A DNA stretch of 64,000 bases from Eledone cirrhosa (Eukaryota), in contig OZ024741.1 of assembly GCA_964016885.1 (NCBI GenBank), positions 294,624,001 through 294,688,000 of the forward strand, in the 5' to 3' direction. The number at the start of each line of letters is the position of its first letter. Within the stretch, counting starts at the first letter, position 1. This document shows positions 25,104 through 37,378 of the stretch, in pieces. The notes beneath the pieces are model-generated. The model did no database searches. It was not told the origin of the DNA and was given only the letters and a program-made list of their open reading frames with translations. The position numbers and the translations under genes are program-made.

Positions 25104-28100
25104 TCATCATCATCATCATCATAAACGTTTAACGTCCGTGTTCCACGCTTGCATGGGTTTGGACGGGGGTAGTCCCACTTGAGGCAAGAGTGATTGTCTT
25201 GCTCGCATAGGACTGTCTGGCAGGTTTTCTACAGTTGAATGCCCTTCCTAACACCAACCACATTTACAGTGTGGGTCTGGGAGGTTTTTACCGTGTTGCC
25301 TACACGGCCACATTACAGCGTGGACTGTGTGTTTTTTTGTCGTGACACCTACACGATCTCATTTGTTTCGGCCTCGATGGCGCGGCACCAACATAACTTT
25401 ACATAGAACGGGGTGGTGTGGATGGGGTGGAGGTGGTGGGGCGGGGTGTATTTTGTTAGAGATGCCTACTGGCTGGAGTAGGTTTTACTATATATTTAGG
25501 TAAGGCGGGTCTTCTCTGTTACTGAGTACCGCCAAAGGTCTCGGTCCAGTGACATTGTCTTGGAGAGGTGTAAGTGTGTGATGTCGGAGTTTATCAGCTC
25601 GTCCCAGGTTTTTCTAGGTCTGCCTATTCCGTGACTACCGTCTATCTTTATTGCCCTGCACTTTGTTATACAGCTATCGACTTTCATGCGCATCACGTGT
25701 CCATACCAACGTAGCCTTCTCTCGAGTAAACAACATCTGATCCCTCTTATCTCTAATTTTTTCCTTAGTTCGTTTATGCTTTGCCGTTCATGTATATTAC
25801 TGTTACACATCCAGCGGAGCATGCAAGCTTCGTTCCTCTCTAGTCTGCGTATATCCTCTGCACACAATGCCCAGGTCTCACTGCCATGCAGCATTGCTGT
25901 TCGTATGCAGGCATCGTACAACCTGCCTTTCATTTTTAGGGAGAACCCTTTAGCAGCTAATAGTGGTATAAGCTCTCTGAACTTTTTCCAACCAGTTCTG
26001 ACTCTAGCTACAGTACTTTCAGAGCACCCTCCCCCACTGCTGATTTTATCGCCCAGGTAACGGAAGCTGTCCACTATTTCTATAGAACCCTCTGCGCAAT
26101 TGAAAGAGCTAGTATTTTGTGGGCACTTGCTGCTACTTATTGCACCAGAGCACCGGCCACATGTAAAATCTATGTTCTTAGTTAGCTTACCTGTGATCCC
26201 ACTACATCTTTTATGCACCCATACTTTGCATTTAGGACATAAAATGGAGTTTCTACCTACTCCTTTACCCTTATAACAGTTAACGATGATGCTGCTATGC
26301 CAGTCCTTCGGAACAACCCCATTCTGTACGACTTGGTTAACTATGCGGGTGACCATGGTGTGTCCCACCGTGCCAGATGCCTTCAGCATCTCAGCAACTA
26401 TTTCCGAAGGCCCAGCCGCCTTACCCGTCTTCATATCCTTGATTGCCTTACTTATTATACTCCCCTCGACTAACACTGCTGGTCCCTCTATTGGGTCGAT
26501 ATGGGGGAGACTGTCTTTCTCCCATTTATTCTCCTCATTTAGTAGCCTTTCATAGTGACACTTCCAAGCTACCTTCTTATCAGCGTCGGTGATGGCAAGT
26601 GTGCCATCGTCGTTTAGTACACACTTCTCCCCGACAATATCACGGTTTTCCTTGACGCATTGCCTAGCAATCCTGAACACCTCACGTTTTTGGTCATCGC
26701 GTTGTAGAACATGCTTGAACTTTCTTTCCTCAGCTTCCCTTCTTGCTAAGTACACTTGTCTCCTAGCTTCCCTCCTGGCCACTTGATAGTCTTCTCTACT
26801 TCCCCCATCCCGCCATACTTTCCAAGCCTGCTTTTTGGCCTTAATTGACCCCTCCACCTTACTGTTCCACCACCATGTTACTCTCCTCCTGCCTACAGGC
26901 CTGCTCCAGCCACAGACTTCGTCTGTCGCCAACAGCAGGTTTGCTTTCAGAAATTCCCACTCTCCCTCTATATTGTCCGACTCTAAATGTTCTTCCTTAC
27001 TGTCGAAAGCATCAAGTAATATGCTTTGAAATTTATTCCTGGCTGTGGGGTCCTTTAGCTTCCATATTTTTCTCCTGAGGATAGTCCTCTTCTGCTGTCG
27101 AGTACGTCTCGTCCTGACTATGAGGTCGCTAATTATCAGTCTATGTTGGGAGGTGCATTCTTCATGGGGGAGGGATTTAGTGTTTACAACAGACACTCTG
27201 TCACGTCTTCTGGTAAGGATATAATCTACCTGGCTTGTGTGCTCCCCGGATCTATAGGTGATCAGGTGATTGTCACGTTTTTTGAAGTTAGTGTTACAGA
27301 TAGTTAGGTTATTTGCATCACAGAATTCCAGGATTCTGGAGCCTTCCTCATTTCTAGTACCAAACCCATAGCCTCCATGGATTTCGTCGTAGCTGTCACA
27401 ATGTTGTCCAACGTGACCAGTTAGGTCGCCTGCGATAATTATATAGTCACTGTCGGATATTTGGGAGGTAGTTAGCATCAGTGTCTCATAGAATCTGTCT
27501 TTTATAGTGCCGGGCAGTCCGGATTGGGGTGCGTACGCAGATATTACTGTCACCGTAGTTCTATTGAGGACGAGTCGTATTTTAATTATTCTGTCGTTCA
27601 CTCTATTTACGTCTATTATCTTATCTGCCCACTTTTCTGCTACCATGATTCCTACTCCACCCAGCCCATCGTCGTTTCCCACCCAGAAAAGCTTATAACA
27701 TCGTTTTTTACCCTCAATGAACCTAGCAGACCCACCCCTCCACCTGGCCTCTTGAATACAACAAACATCGACCTCCTTACGTTCAAGCATTTCTACAACC
27801 TCGTTAGCGCGACCCTTTAGGGTGCCTACATTTATGGTACCAACTCTGAAGTTTTGGATTGCGTTTGGGGGTTGGGGGCGGTGGGGGGCGGGGGGCGATG
27901 GGGTTATGTTAGCCGTCCGCGGTCGAAACAATGAGGAGTGCTCGCATTCTCGTCCAAGAGGTGAATTTGTCTTTATCTTTGGCATTGTCGCTTGAGCGTC
28001 CAGATTTTTCTCTCTCTCTCTCGTCCACTCTCCAGGATTCCGCAGTCCATCCATCCATCATATATCGAAAGGCAACCAGGCAAGCGATAGTATAGGCCTC

Positions 28101-28896
28101 TGGCTTCTGATTGGTCCGCGTAATAATACTGGTGGTGCGTGGGGGCTCTGTTTTATGATTGGTCCACGTAATAGCAATGGTGGTGCGTGGGGGAGGGAGG
28201 GGTGTTGGGTAGCTAGATAGAAGGTAATGATTGAATGGGGTTCTTGCATTTAACAAGCGATTAACAAAAATACAAAATTTGTTCTGTTCAATACGACCAA
28301 AAACTTTCGTATTTAACAATTAATAAAAACAAAAAATGTAGTTTGTTTTAGCGATAGATTGGCTATTTGGACTTGATACGAAATATGGATTGTTTTGAAA
28401 ATACGCTAGAATTAGGATTAAAATACGCTAGAATTAGGATTTGTGGAGGCAGAGAAATGAAAATCTGTATATTACGTTACATGAATATCGTGGGATAGAC
28501 AGCAAGCAATGAAATTTGGCGAAGTGAATTCCTATCATATATATATATATATAGAGAGAGAGAGAGGGGGGGCGCATGATGGTTGTGTGTGTTAGGCGTT
28601 TGACCGCCCCATGCCTTCTAAGAAGGAAGAAGGAAAGGATTTTGTTTTTTTGTTTTGAAGATACGCTAGAATTAGGGATTGAGGTTTGAAAATACGTTAG
28701 GAATTAAGGTTTGAAAATACGCTAGATAGAAGGTAATGATTGAATGGGGTCCTTGCATTTAACAAGCGATTGACAAAAATACAAAATTTGTTCTGTTCAA
28801 TACGACCAAAAACTTTCGTATTTAACAATTAATAAAAACAAAAAATGTAGTTTGTTTTAGCGATAGATTGGCTATTTGGACTTGATACGAAATATG
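25104..28896 (-). mobile_element. Near full-length RTE LINE with internal RT deletion and duplicated 5' region
   Basis: (GAT)n tail at 25104-25122, 3' UTR, 852-aa ORF, 5' region with 176-bp direct repeat (28211-28387 / 28721-28896); both ends abut (TA)n. Confidence 0.9.
25496..28054 (-). CDS. RTE LINE ORF: APE endonuclease, RT N-terminal part, truncated PHD, C-terminal domain; RT catalytic core deleted in frame
   Basis: APE motifs GTINVGTL, CIQEARW, AGDLTGHVG, QVDYIL, SQHRL; NCYKGKG joined directly to VGRNSILC; no YADD. Confidence 0.9.
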   Translation of the reverse strand: MDGLRNPGEWTREREKNLDAQATMPKIKTNSPLGRECEHSSLFRPRTANITPSPPAPHRPQPPNAIQNFRVGTINVGTLKGRANEVVEMLERKEVDVCCIQEARWRGGSARFIEGKKRCYKLFWVGNDDGLGGVGIMVAEKWADKIIDVNRVNDRIIKIRLVLNRTTVTVISAYAPQSGLPGTIKDRFYETLMLTTSQISDSDYIIIAGDLTGHVGQHCDSYDEIHGGYGFGTRNEEGSRILEFCDANNLTICNTNFKKRDNHLITYRSGEHTSQVDYILTRRRDRVSVVNTKSLPHEECTSQHRLIISDLIVRTRRTRQQKRTILRRKIWKLKDPTARNKFQSILLDAFDSKEEHLESDNIEGEWEFLKANLLLATDEVCGWSRPVGRRRVTWWWNSKVEGSIKAKKQAWKVWRDGGSREDYQVARREARRQVYLARREAEERKFKHVLQRDDQKREVFRIARQCVKENRDIVGEKCVLNDDGTLAITDADKKVAWKCHYERLLNEENKWEKDSLPHIDPIEGPAVLVEGSIISKAIKDMKTGKAAGPSEIVAEMLKASGTVGHTMVTRIVNQVVQNGVVPKDWHSSIIVNCYKGKGVGRNSILCPKCKVWVHKRCSGITGKLTKNIDFTCGRCSGAISSSKCPQNTSSFNCAEGSIEIVDSFRYLGDKISSGGGCSESTVARVRTGWKKFRELIPLLAAKGFSLKMKGRLYDACIRTAMLHGSETWALCAEDIRRLERNEACMLRWMCNSNIHERQSINELRKKLEIRGIRCCLLERRLRWYGHVMRMKVDSCITKCRAIKIDGSHGIGRPRKTWDELINSDITHLHLSKTMSLDRDLWRYSVTEKTRLT

Positions 28897-28942
28897 TATA
28901 TGTATGTATATATATGTGTATGTATGTATATATATGTGTATG

Positions 28943-28973
<31 letters not shown>

Positions 28974-29094
28974 ATATATATATACATGTATATATATATA
29001 TACATGTATATATATATATACATGTATATATATATATATACATGTGTATATATATATATATACATGTGTATATATATATATATACATGTATGTG

Positions 29095-29155
<61 letters not shown>

Positions 29156-29233
29156 ATATATATATATACATGTATGTATATATATATATACATGTATGTA
29201 TATATATATATACATGTATATATATATATATAT

Positions 29234-29264
<31 letters not shown>

Positions 29265-29330
29265 CATATATACATGTATATATATATATATATATACATA
29301 TATGTATGTGTATATATATATATATATACA

Positions 29331-29388
<58 letters not shown>

Positions 29389-29414
29389 TGTATATATATA
29401 TATATATATATATA
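28897..29414. repeat. (TA)n microsatellite punctuated by CATG
   Basis: Directly visible. Confidence 0.95.
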
Positions 29415-29569
29415 GTTAAAAGAATAGAGGTGTAACACACAAGTTATTATATATTGGTAAACGGAATAGAAAATGCTGACAAATTGTTCACAGTTGAAAA
29501 ATGGTTTAATTAGGAATAAAAGAGTATTAGTGATTGTATGGGTTAGTATTCAGTTGTGGTTTTAAGTTT

Positions 29570-29618
29570 TTAAGTTTTTACCGGTTGCGCATTTCTAAAT
29601 GCTTTTCAAAAATAATTT
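29570..29618 (-). ncRNA. Variant or decayed minimal hammerhead (U3-A8, A13C)
   Basis: Minus strand: ttt-TTGAAAA-gcattt-ag-aaatgc-GCAA-ccgg-TA-aaaa; ~1 kb downstream of the PLE GIY-YIG fragment, same strand. Confidence 0.45.
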
Positions 29619-29672
29619 TGAGATAGAGTGTCCGTGCTGTTTGCTCTGATCTGATTAGTTTTGGGAATTCTA

Positions 29673-29910
29673 CCTGTTTTTATGTTAAAAAAATGGCTCC
29701 AGCGTTATTCTTGTGTTGTAAAAATGCTTGTGGTCAAAACAATTTTGATTGGTCGGTAGAGGTCATGTGAATGTAAAAAGTTGATTTTGCGCCAAGACTG
29801 TTTTTATGTTAAAATGTTAGAAAAGTGGCTCCAGTAAAGATTATGGTCAAAACAATTTTGATTGGTCGGTAGAGGTCATGTGGATAAAAAATTGGTTTTG
29901 CGCCAAGATT
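29673..29910. repeat. ~120-bp tandem duplication containing CCAAT (minus strand), likely PLE pseudo-LTR
   Basis: tggtcaaaacaattttgattggtcggtagaggtcatgtg...ttttgcgccaaga occurs twice. Confidence 0.7.
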
Positions 29911-30035
29911 GAGAAATGACTCTTTCACAACAAATGTGTGTGTGTGTGTGTGTGTGTGTGTAGTAGTAGTAGTAGTAAGGTGTTCGATGCTGCGACAATA
30001 GCCACCAGCGATGTGTGTCAAATGGCTATTAAGAT

Positions 30036-30085
<50 letters not shown>

Positions 30086-30395
30086 ACATACACACAGCAG
30101 AGTCATTCGAAGGTCAAAAGATATTTTTCAGCTTTTGTCTTATACGGAGAAGTGCGTGTGTGTGTGTGTGTGTGTGTGTATAAGTCTCTTTGTATGTTGA
30201 TGTACGCGTGTGTATGTGTCTGTGTATATATGTGTGTGTGTGTGTGTGTGCGTGTGTGGGTGGACCAGTATTTTTTTCCCCCCTGGTAAAATGGTGTACA
30301 TTATTCGATTTTTTCAGTAAAATCGGTTCTCTTAATAGAACATCAACAATCTTAACAATAAAAGGTGTGAAATGATATTCACTATATATACATAT

Positions 30396-30427
<32 letters not shown>

Positions 30428-30607
30428 TTTCACTACATATATATATATATATATATATACATATATACATACATATATATGCACATATATTTTTTTGTAT
30501 TGCACCATAGAGCATGTGTGTTTACGTGTGTCATTGTGTTTATATGTGGGTAGAGATGTGTGCTGATGTAGGTATGTATGTTGACGTGTGTATGTTGTGG
30601 GTTCGTC

Positions 30608-30892
30608 TTAGGGAGAAGTGTTTAGACGGGGTCCGTATTTGTTAATGAAGTAAGATTCCTTGCTGATGCGCTGGGTGTGGGTGGCATTATCTTTAAATTT
30701 GTAGAGGGGAAAGATTCTGAAGTTGGGATGATTTTGGGCGGCGCAGGTATCAATGTGTTCACTCAGTGGTATTTTCCTGTATTCCCGTATTTTAATTTGG
30801 GATCTATGGACAGTCATGCGTTGGCGGAGGCTGTTTTTGGTCTGGCCTATGTATTGTTCTCGACAACCTGAACAAGTTAATACATATATTAA
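30608..30892 (-). pseudogene. Penelope-like element GIY-YIG endonuclease fragment (Neptune-like), 5' truncated into (TA)n
   Basis: [29 protein letters not shown]...LSEH...KESYFI...PRLN: GIY-YIG motif with CxxC and the conserved R, H, E and N residues. Confidence 0.88.
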
Positions 30893-31759
<867 letters not shown>

Positions 31760-31789
31760 AGAACAAAAGATGGTTAAAGTAGTTCCATG

Positions 31790-31860
31790 TATTTTATTAT
31801 GCGCATTTCAAAAACAAATATCATCATGCAATAATATTTGTGTTTTCATCAGATAAAACA
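31790..31860 (-). ncRNA. Type I hammerhead ribozyme (family A)
   Basis: Minus strand: tgttttat-CTGATGA-aaacacaaatattattgcatgatgatatttgttttt-GAAA-tgcgca-TA-ataaaata. Confidence 0.85.
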
Positions 31861-31990
31861 GGAGGACATGATATGAAGGCTAAAAAACACTTGTGGATAG
31901 TTCAGTCTTAAATCAACATATTAAATTTAACATTTTAAATCAAAACTGAACTATCCACAAGTGTTTTTTAGCCTTCATATCATGTCCTCC

Positions 31991-32061
31991 TGTTTTATCT
32001 GATGAAAACACAAATATTATTGCATGATGATATATGTTTTTGAAATGCGCATAATAAAATA
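31991..32061 (+). ncRNA. Type I hammerhead ribozyme (family A)
   Basis: CTGATGA 31999-32005, GAAA 32042-32045, tgcgca, TA 32052-32053; helix I tgttttat/ataaaata. Confidence 0.85.
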
Positions 32062-32370
32062 CATGGAACTCCTTTAACCATCTTTTGTTCTTATATATTA
32101 TGTATACTCCAGTCCCACAAACTGTAGAGTGCTTCTTATCCGATATCTGCACTGCTTTATTGTACTACAATAAAACTCACCTCCTACATATATACATATA
32201 TATATACATATATACATACATATATATATATACATACATATATATATACATATATATATATATATAAGTATTGAAATTTCCGTTGAAAACAGAAAAGGTC
32301 ATAGAAGTGAAGAGTGCTCTATGTAAGTATCAGAGCAAAATTTAATGTATAAAAATCAATACAATATAAT

Positions 32371-32444
32371 TACCTTATTACCAGAGGTTTCCCGAATGAG
32401 GCGAATACGAAAGAAACGTCTTCATTCGTTCGTCAGACGAGGCA
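32371..32444 (-). ncRNA. Type I hammerhead ribozyme (family B-like)
   Basis: Minus strand: tgcctcgt-CTGACGA-a-cgaatga...tcattcg-g-GAAA-cctctgg-TA-ataaggta; GUA triplet. Confidence 0.78.
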
Positions 32445-33717
32445 ATATAAAACATGGGTAAATACTTGGAAAGTCTCGTCAAGAAAATCAAAAGAAAAAA
32501 AGAAAAAAGGTATAGACAAATGAATTAGAATATGAAATATATAATAATCTTTCAAGAAATATAGTTAGGTGTGTGTATATGTATGTATATACGCTCACAG
32601 ATGTGCATATATGTGTATACGTATAGTGAAAAAGTGTGCGTAAATATATAATTTAGGGCAAATGTATCTGTATGTCTGTAATCTACAGACAGAATAGATA
32701 CATCATAAGAATATGAAGGCGCGCGCATAAACACACCTACACACACATACACTTAGATGCGGAAGTAAAAGAGGTAAGGGAGTGTAATAATTAAAGGAAA
32801 GTATCAATCTCGATATATTTATAAAAATGGAACAATAATTTAGAAAGAAAAAATTTAGAAAGAAAAAATTTAGAAAGAAAAAATTAAAGAAGACAAAAAA
32901 GACACGCATATCTCTCACAAAAGAAACGCAAAAATATACATGCTTATATACACACACACACTTACACATCCATACGTTCGATACGTACACACACACACAC
33001 ACACATACTTACACTCACGCATATTGACCTGTTTGCATGCACAGTAAGTAAAAAAATGTTGATATAATGTTTGGAAATAGTCTTGCTCTTGAAGAGAAAT
33101 GTATCTATTTATTAAGAATATATTCTATTGTGTCAATATATTTGTATTTTCATTTTTGATTGCTATGAATTAATATCTGTGTACTGATCAATATATATAT
33201 AAATAGAAATGTGTTGACAATTACCTGTGTATGAGATACAGTTGGACCTCAATTATCTGAATGAGATGCATGTGTAATCTGAATATTTTGTTCGGATAAC
33301 TCATTAGATTGTGAACAAAGACGCAAAAAAAAAAGCCCCACTAAACATAATTTCGAAAAGAAGTTTTTATCAATTTTACATTGTTGCACTATTAAACAAT
33401 ATTGGATGACTTTCCAACACGATCCAGACTGTGAAATCTAATTTTTCTGTTCAGATGTCAATTGTGTTCGATTACTCATAACAAATATGTACTTGGGACT
33501 GTCATAGAGTAGTCAGTTGTGCCTAAAATATTTTACTCAAGGTGCTTTTTAAAACAAATAAAAATATTTTGGCGACATTTGTACCAAAATTCGAATATTT
33601 ATTCAAAAGAGATAGTAGCATAGCATAAAATTGAAATATATATAAATACAAAAAAGAATGTGTTTATTTCATTGATGAATAATTGGAGCAGTTTTATACA
33701 ATCTTCAATTACAAATA

Positions 33718-33765
<48 letters not shown>

Positions 33766-33957
33766 GTAGGAGGTGAGTTTTATATATTATGTATACTCCA
33801 GTCCTACAAACTGTAGAGTGCTTCTTATCCGATATCTGCATTGCTTTATTGTACTACAATAAAACTCACCTCCTACATTAACTTGCTCCTTAACGGTTGA
33901 GCGCTTACTCTCATATTGGATACCTTTTGATGGTCCTTTACCTTTTTCTTCTACAAC

Positions 33958-36361
33958 ATGGATTATTACAACATAACCAATTCAACTAAAGACATTCCTA
34001 TACCTGGTAAATCTGAATTCACCAAACTTCTAATTGAAAAAACTGACTCCTTTGTAAGAAGACTTAGATGGATAGCTTATTTCTATGACCAGCGCCTAAA
34101 AGGGAACTTCTATACCAAGGAACACAACTTCCTCGATCATCTATTTAATTCTAGAAGAAATCCTCCTTCCAACAAAAATCTAGTGCAATTCGAGGAAGAG
34201 TTAACAAATATTATAAAAAATCTTAAATTCAAGAGATACCCTTACAAAGGACAAGAGCACCTTGTAAATCTCAAGAACACAATTTCAAACCTAAATTCCT
34301 CAAAAAATGTTTTAGTCCACTCTGACAAAACCAATAATTTATATGGTATTTCCAAGGATAATTATAACAACCTTATCCTAAAGGAACTTAGGAAAAAATA
34401 TCGTAAAACCAACCATGATAATTTAGAATCCATAAACTTTGAAGCCTCTGAAATTATGTCAAAACTTGGCATCGGTAAAAAGACCGAACCATTCCTCCCA
34501 AGAACTCCGAGGATAAATCTCAAGGATCACAAAAACAATTTTCGCACTGAGCTACCTGTTAGATTAATCGCCCCCTCTAAATCAGATCTGGGGGTTGTTA
34601 GTAAAGCCATCTTGGATAGAATTATCCCAGAGGTTCATTCTAATTGCTCTTCTTTGAACTTAAATTCATGGTTTGGTACTTCTGAATTAATTGGCTGGTT
34701 CAACAAATTGAATAATAAAAACAAACTAAAATTTGTTCAATTTGATATTGCCAGCTACTATTCTTCTATTTCGCCTTCACTTCTCAACAATGCTCTCTCT
34801 ATCTTTCGCATTTAAACATTCTGACATCACCACAAATGAACTTCACATCATTCTCACCGCACGTAAAACCATCCTTGAGTTCAACAATGAATATTGGACC
34901 AGAGCTGATACCCCTAACAACTTCGACATCACAATGGGAGCATCCGATTCATCCCAATTGACAGATTTAATTGGTATCTTTATTTTGAACTCTTTGAGTC
35001 GGAAAATTCCTCAACTTCGCGGTGGAATTTATCGTGACGATGGACTCTTTACTATCTTAAATTGCAACACAGTTAACCTTAATATTATTAAGAACAATAT
35101 ACGTAATCTCTTTAACCAACATAACCTAAAAATTGAATTTGATAACAGCATCAAACTAGCTAATTTCTTGGATGTATCTCTTAATCTTGACACTGGCCTA
35201 TATTACCCTTACCATAAAAACAATGAGAACCTAAATTATGTTAACTTTAAATCTAACCATCCTACTAATATCAAGAATGATATAGTTAGTAATATTGGAA
35301 AAAGAATATCCAACCTATCTTCTAATAAAAACATCTTCGATGCTAACGCCAATTACTATAATAACGCTCTTTCTAAAGCCGGCTATCCTGATAAAATCAA
35401 ATATAATAAAGAAACAAATTCTAGAAGATCTTACAGTAGAATAATTAATCATGATCATTCCAATAACTTTAATAAAAGACCTAGATACAAAAACATAATC
35501 TGGTATAATGCTCCTTTCTCCATCTCTATTAATAATAATATTCCTAAATTATTCTTTAGTGCCTTAAATAAATGCTTCCCTCCCTCACATATCTAGAGTA
35601 AAATATTTAACAAACACACTATAAAATTTTCCTATTCAACATCCTCCAACATTTCCAACATTATCTCTAAACTCAACAATAAAATACTAAATACTAAATC
35701 TCTTCCTTCCAACACTGAATATCATAATAATAGTAATAGTACTCCCGACGTCATTGTAAACCCTAGGCTAATTTCTGCAAACCCAAATACAACGTCAAAC
35801 ACAACTTCGCTAAATGTTCTTAATCCCATTCTAAATCAAGAAACTATTATTCCTATCGCCAATAACTTCTCCAATCCAATTCCTTCTATAGATAACACTA
35901 GGTCACTCGTTAATAATCTCTCTAATCGCAATTGCAATTGCCCTGCTAAAAATAAATGTCCTCTCAACAACCATTGTCTTGATAAAAACTTAATTTACGA
36001 ATGTAAAGTTATAACTGACACCAATTCCTTCACCTATTTTGGCTCCACTTCCACCTCCTTTAAAGCTCGTCTTTATAATCATCATTCGTCTTTTAAATAT
36101 AAACTTAAAAGAACCAACACGGCTCTCTCAGAACTCATATGGTCCTTGAAAGACAAAAATATTAAATATAACATCTCTTGGAAAAAGGTTTCCTCTGCTT
36201 TTTCATACTTGAACAGTTCTCTATCTAAGACTTGCAATCTCTGTCTAAATGAAAAATTTACCATTATTTCTAATTTAGATTCTATAATAAATAGACGCAC
36301 CGACTTGTTTTCTATCTGCTTGCATAAATTCCACAGAACTTTCCATAAAGTATACAGCTAA
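33958..36361 (+). pseudogene. PLE reverse transcriptase plus C-terminal GIY-YIG endonuclease; one frameshift (~34801) and one TAG (35594-35596)
   Basis: FVQFDIASYYSSI, FDITMGASDSSQ, GIYRDDG, FLDVSLNL; in frame after the stop: CNCPAKNKCPLNNHCL, LIYECKV...TYFGSTSTSFKARLYNH, CNLCLNEK. Confidence 0.92.
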
Positions 36362-37208
36362 TACGATAAACTCTATCAATTCAGAATCCTTTTCTCAAAG
36401 GCACATATATATATATATATATACACTTCTTTAAAAATATACCCATCTTTCTACCTTATTTCAAAGTTATTTATTATATTTATTATATTCTACTTCACTC
36501 CTAATTTCTAACCCCTAATCTGTACCTTTTCTCACTGTGCCAAACATAGAAACAATTATTACACATACACTATATTCTTACTTCATATCACCTTGAAAAA
36601 ATTCCTTCGTAAACATAAACTTTTTTTGACGTTAGATTATTCATCCTCTATTCATTATTTTTTTCTCCCTTTCATCTAACTTATTCATGCCCATCTCACA
36701 ATATATCCTTACTTACATCACTTCTGTTTTTTTAATAATACATATCAACATTTTCTTTCCATCGCACATATTATTAAACCCTTAAATATTATTCTTAATA
36801 CATATTAACAATTTCTTTTCATCGCACATATTATTAAACCCTTTAATATACAAACCTTAACTTTACATTATTTTTCTCTTCGTTAATTTTCAAATTCTTT
36901 TAATTTATACATTATCTTCCAACGGTTTTTTCAACCTCTCTATGTAAAACAATATATTTTTCTCAGTTATAAAAGCTATCTCTCTCTCTCTATCACCCAT
37001 CTCTCCTCCTATCTCATCCTTCCTCACTATACTCCTCCCCCTCCACTTTTTACTCTCATCTCCTCCTCTTTTTCATCCTTTCCAGCCCCCCCCCCCCCCA
37101 AAAAAAAAATTTTTTAAAAAATATCACACACCAATCTAAAACTACTTTTCATATGTTGATTTAAAACTGCACTATCCACAAGTGTTTTTTAACCTTCATA
37201 TCATGTCC

Positions 37209-37279
37209 TATTTTATCTGATGAAAACACAAATGTTATTGCATGATGATATTTGTTTTTGAAATGCGCATAATAAAATA
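37209..37279 (+). ncRNA. Type I hammerhead ribozyme (family A) in PLE 3' pLTR
   Basis: tattttat-CTGATGA(37217)-long helix II-GAAA(37260)-tgcgca-TA-ataaaata; predicted cleavage after 37271. Confidence 0.87.
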
Positions 37280-37307
37280 CATGGAACTCTTTTAACCATC
37301 TTTTGAT

Positions 37308-37378
<71 letters not shown>

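Larger units (their letters stand above)
33762..37310 (+). mobile_element. Penelope-like retroelement, Naiad-like, nearly full length, inserted in (TA)n
   Basis: 5' short inversion (33762-33783 vs 33859-33880), partial pLTR, RT-GIY-YIG ORF, 3' UTR, 3' pLTR with hammerhead; (TA)n on both sides. Confidence 0.9.

Noticed and set aside
26255-26275. RT deletion as a spliced-out intron (G|GTAAAG ... TAG|G present in the sister copy)
   Set aside because: Splicing would give agggaaagg; the observed junction is agggtaaaggagtagg, which fits microhomology instead
25686-27820. Plus-strand ORFs overlapping the RTE (and minus-strand ORFs at 50594-52895)
   Set aside because: Antisense shadows of the RTE reading frame
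28395-28725. CRISPR-like short direct repeats (aaaatacgctagaattagga)
   Set aside because: Irregular spacing, no unique equal-length spacers, eukaryotic LINE 5' context, no cas genes
35594-35596. Selenocysteine recoding in the Naiad-like ORF
   Set aside because: The in-frame stop is TAG, not TGA, and is not at a Cys position
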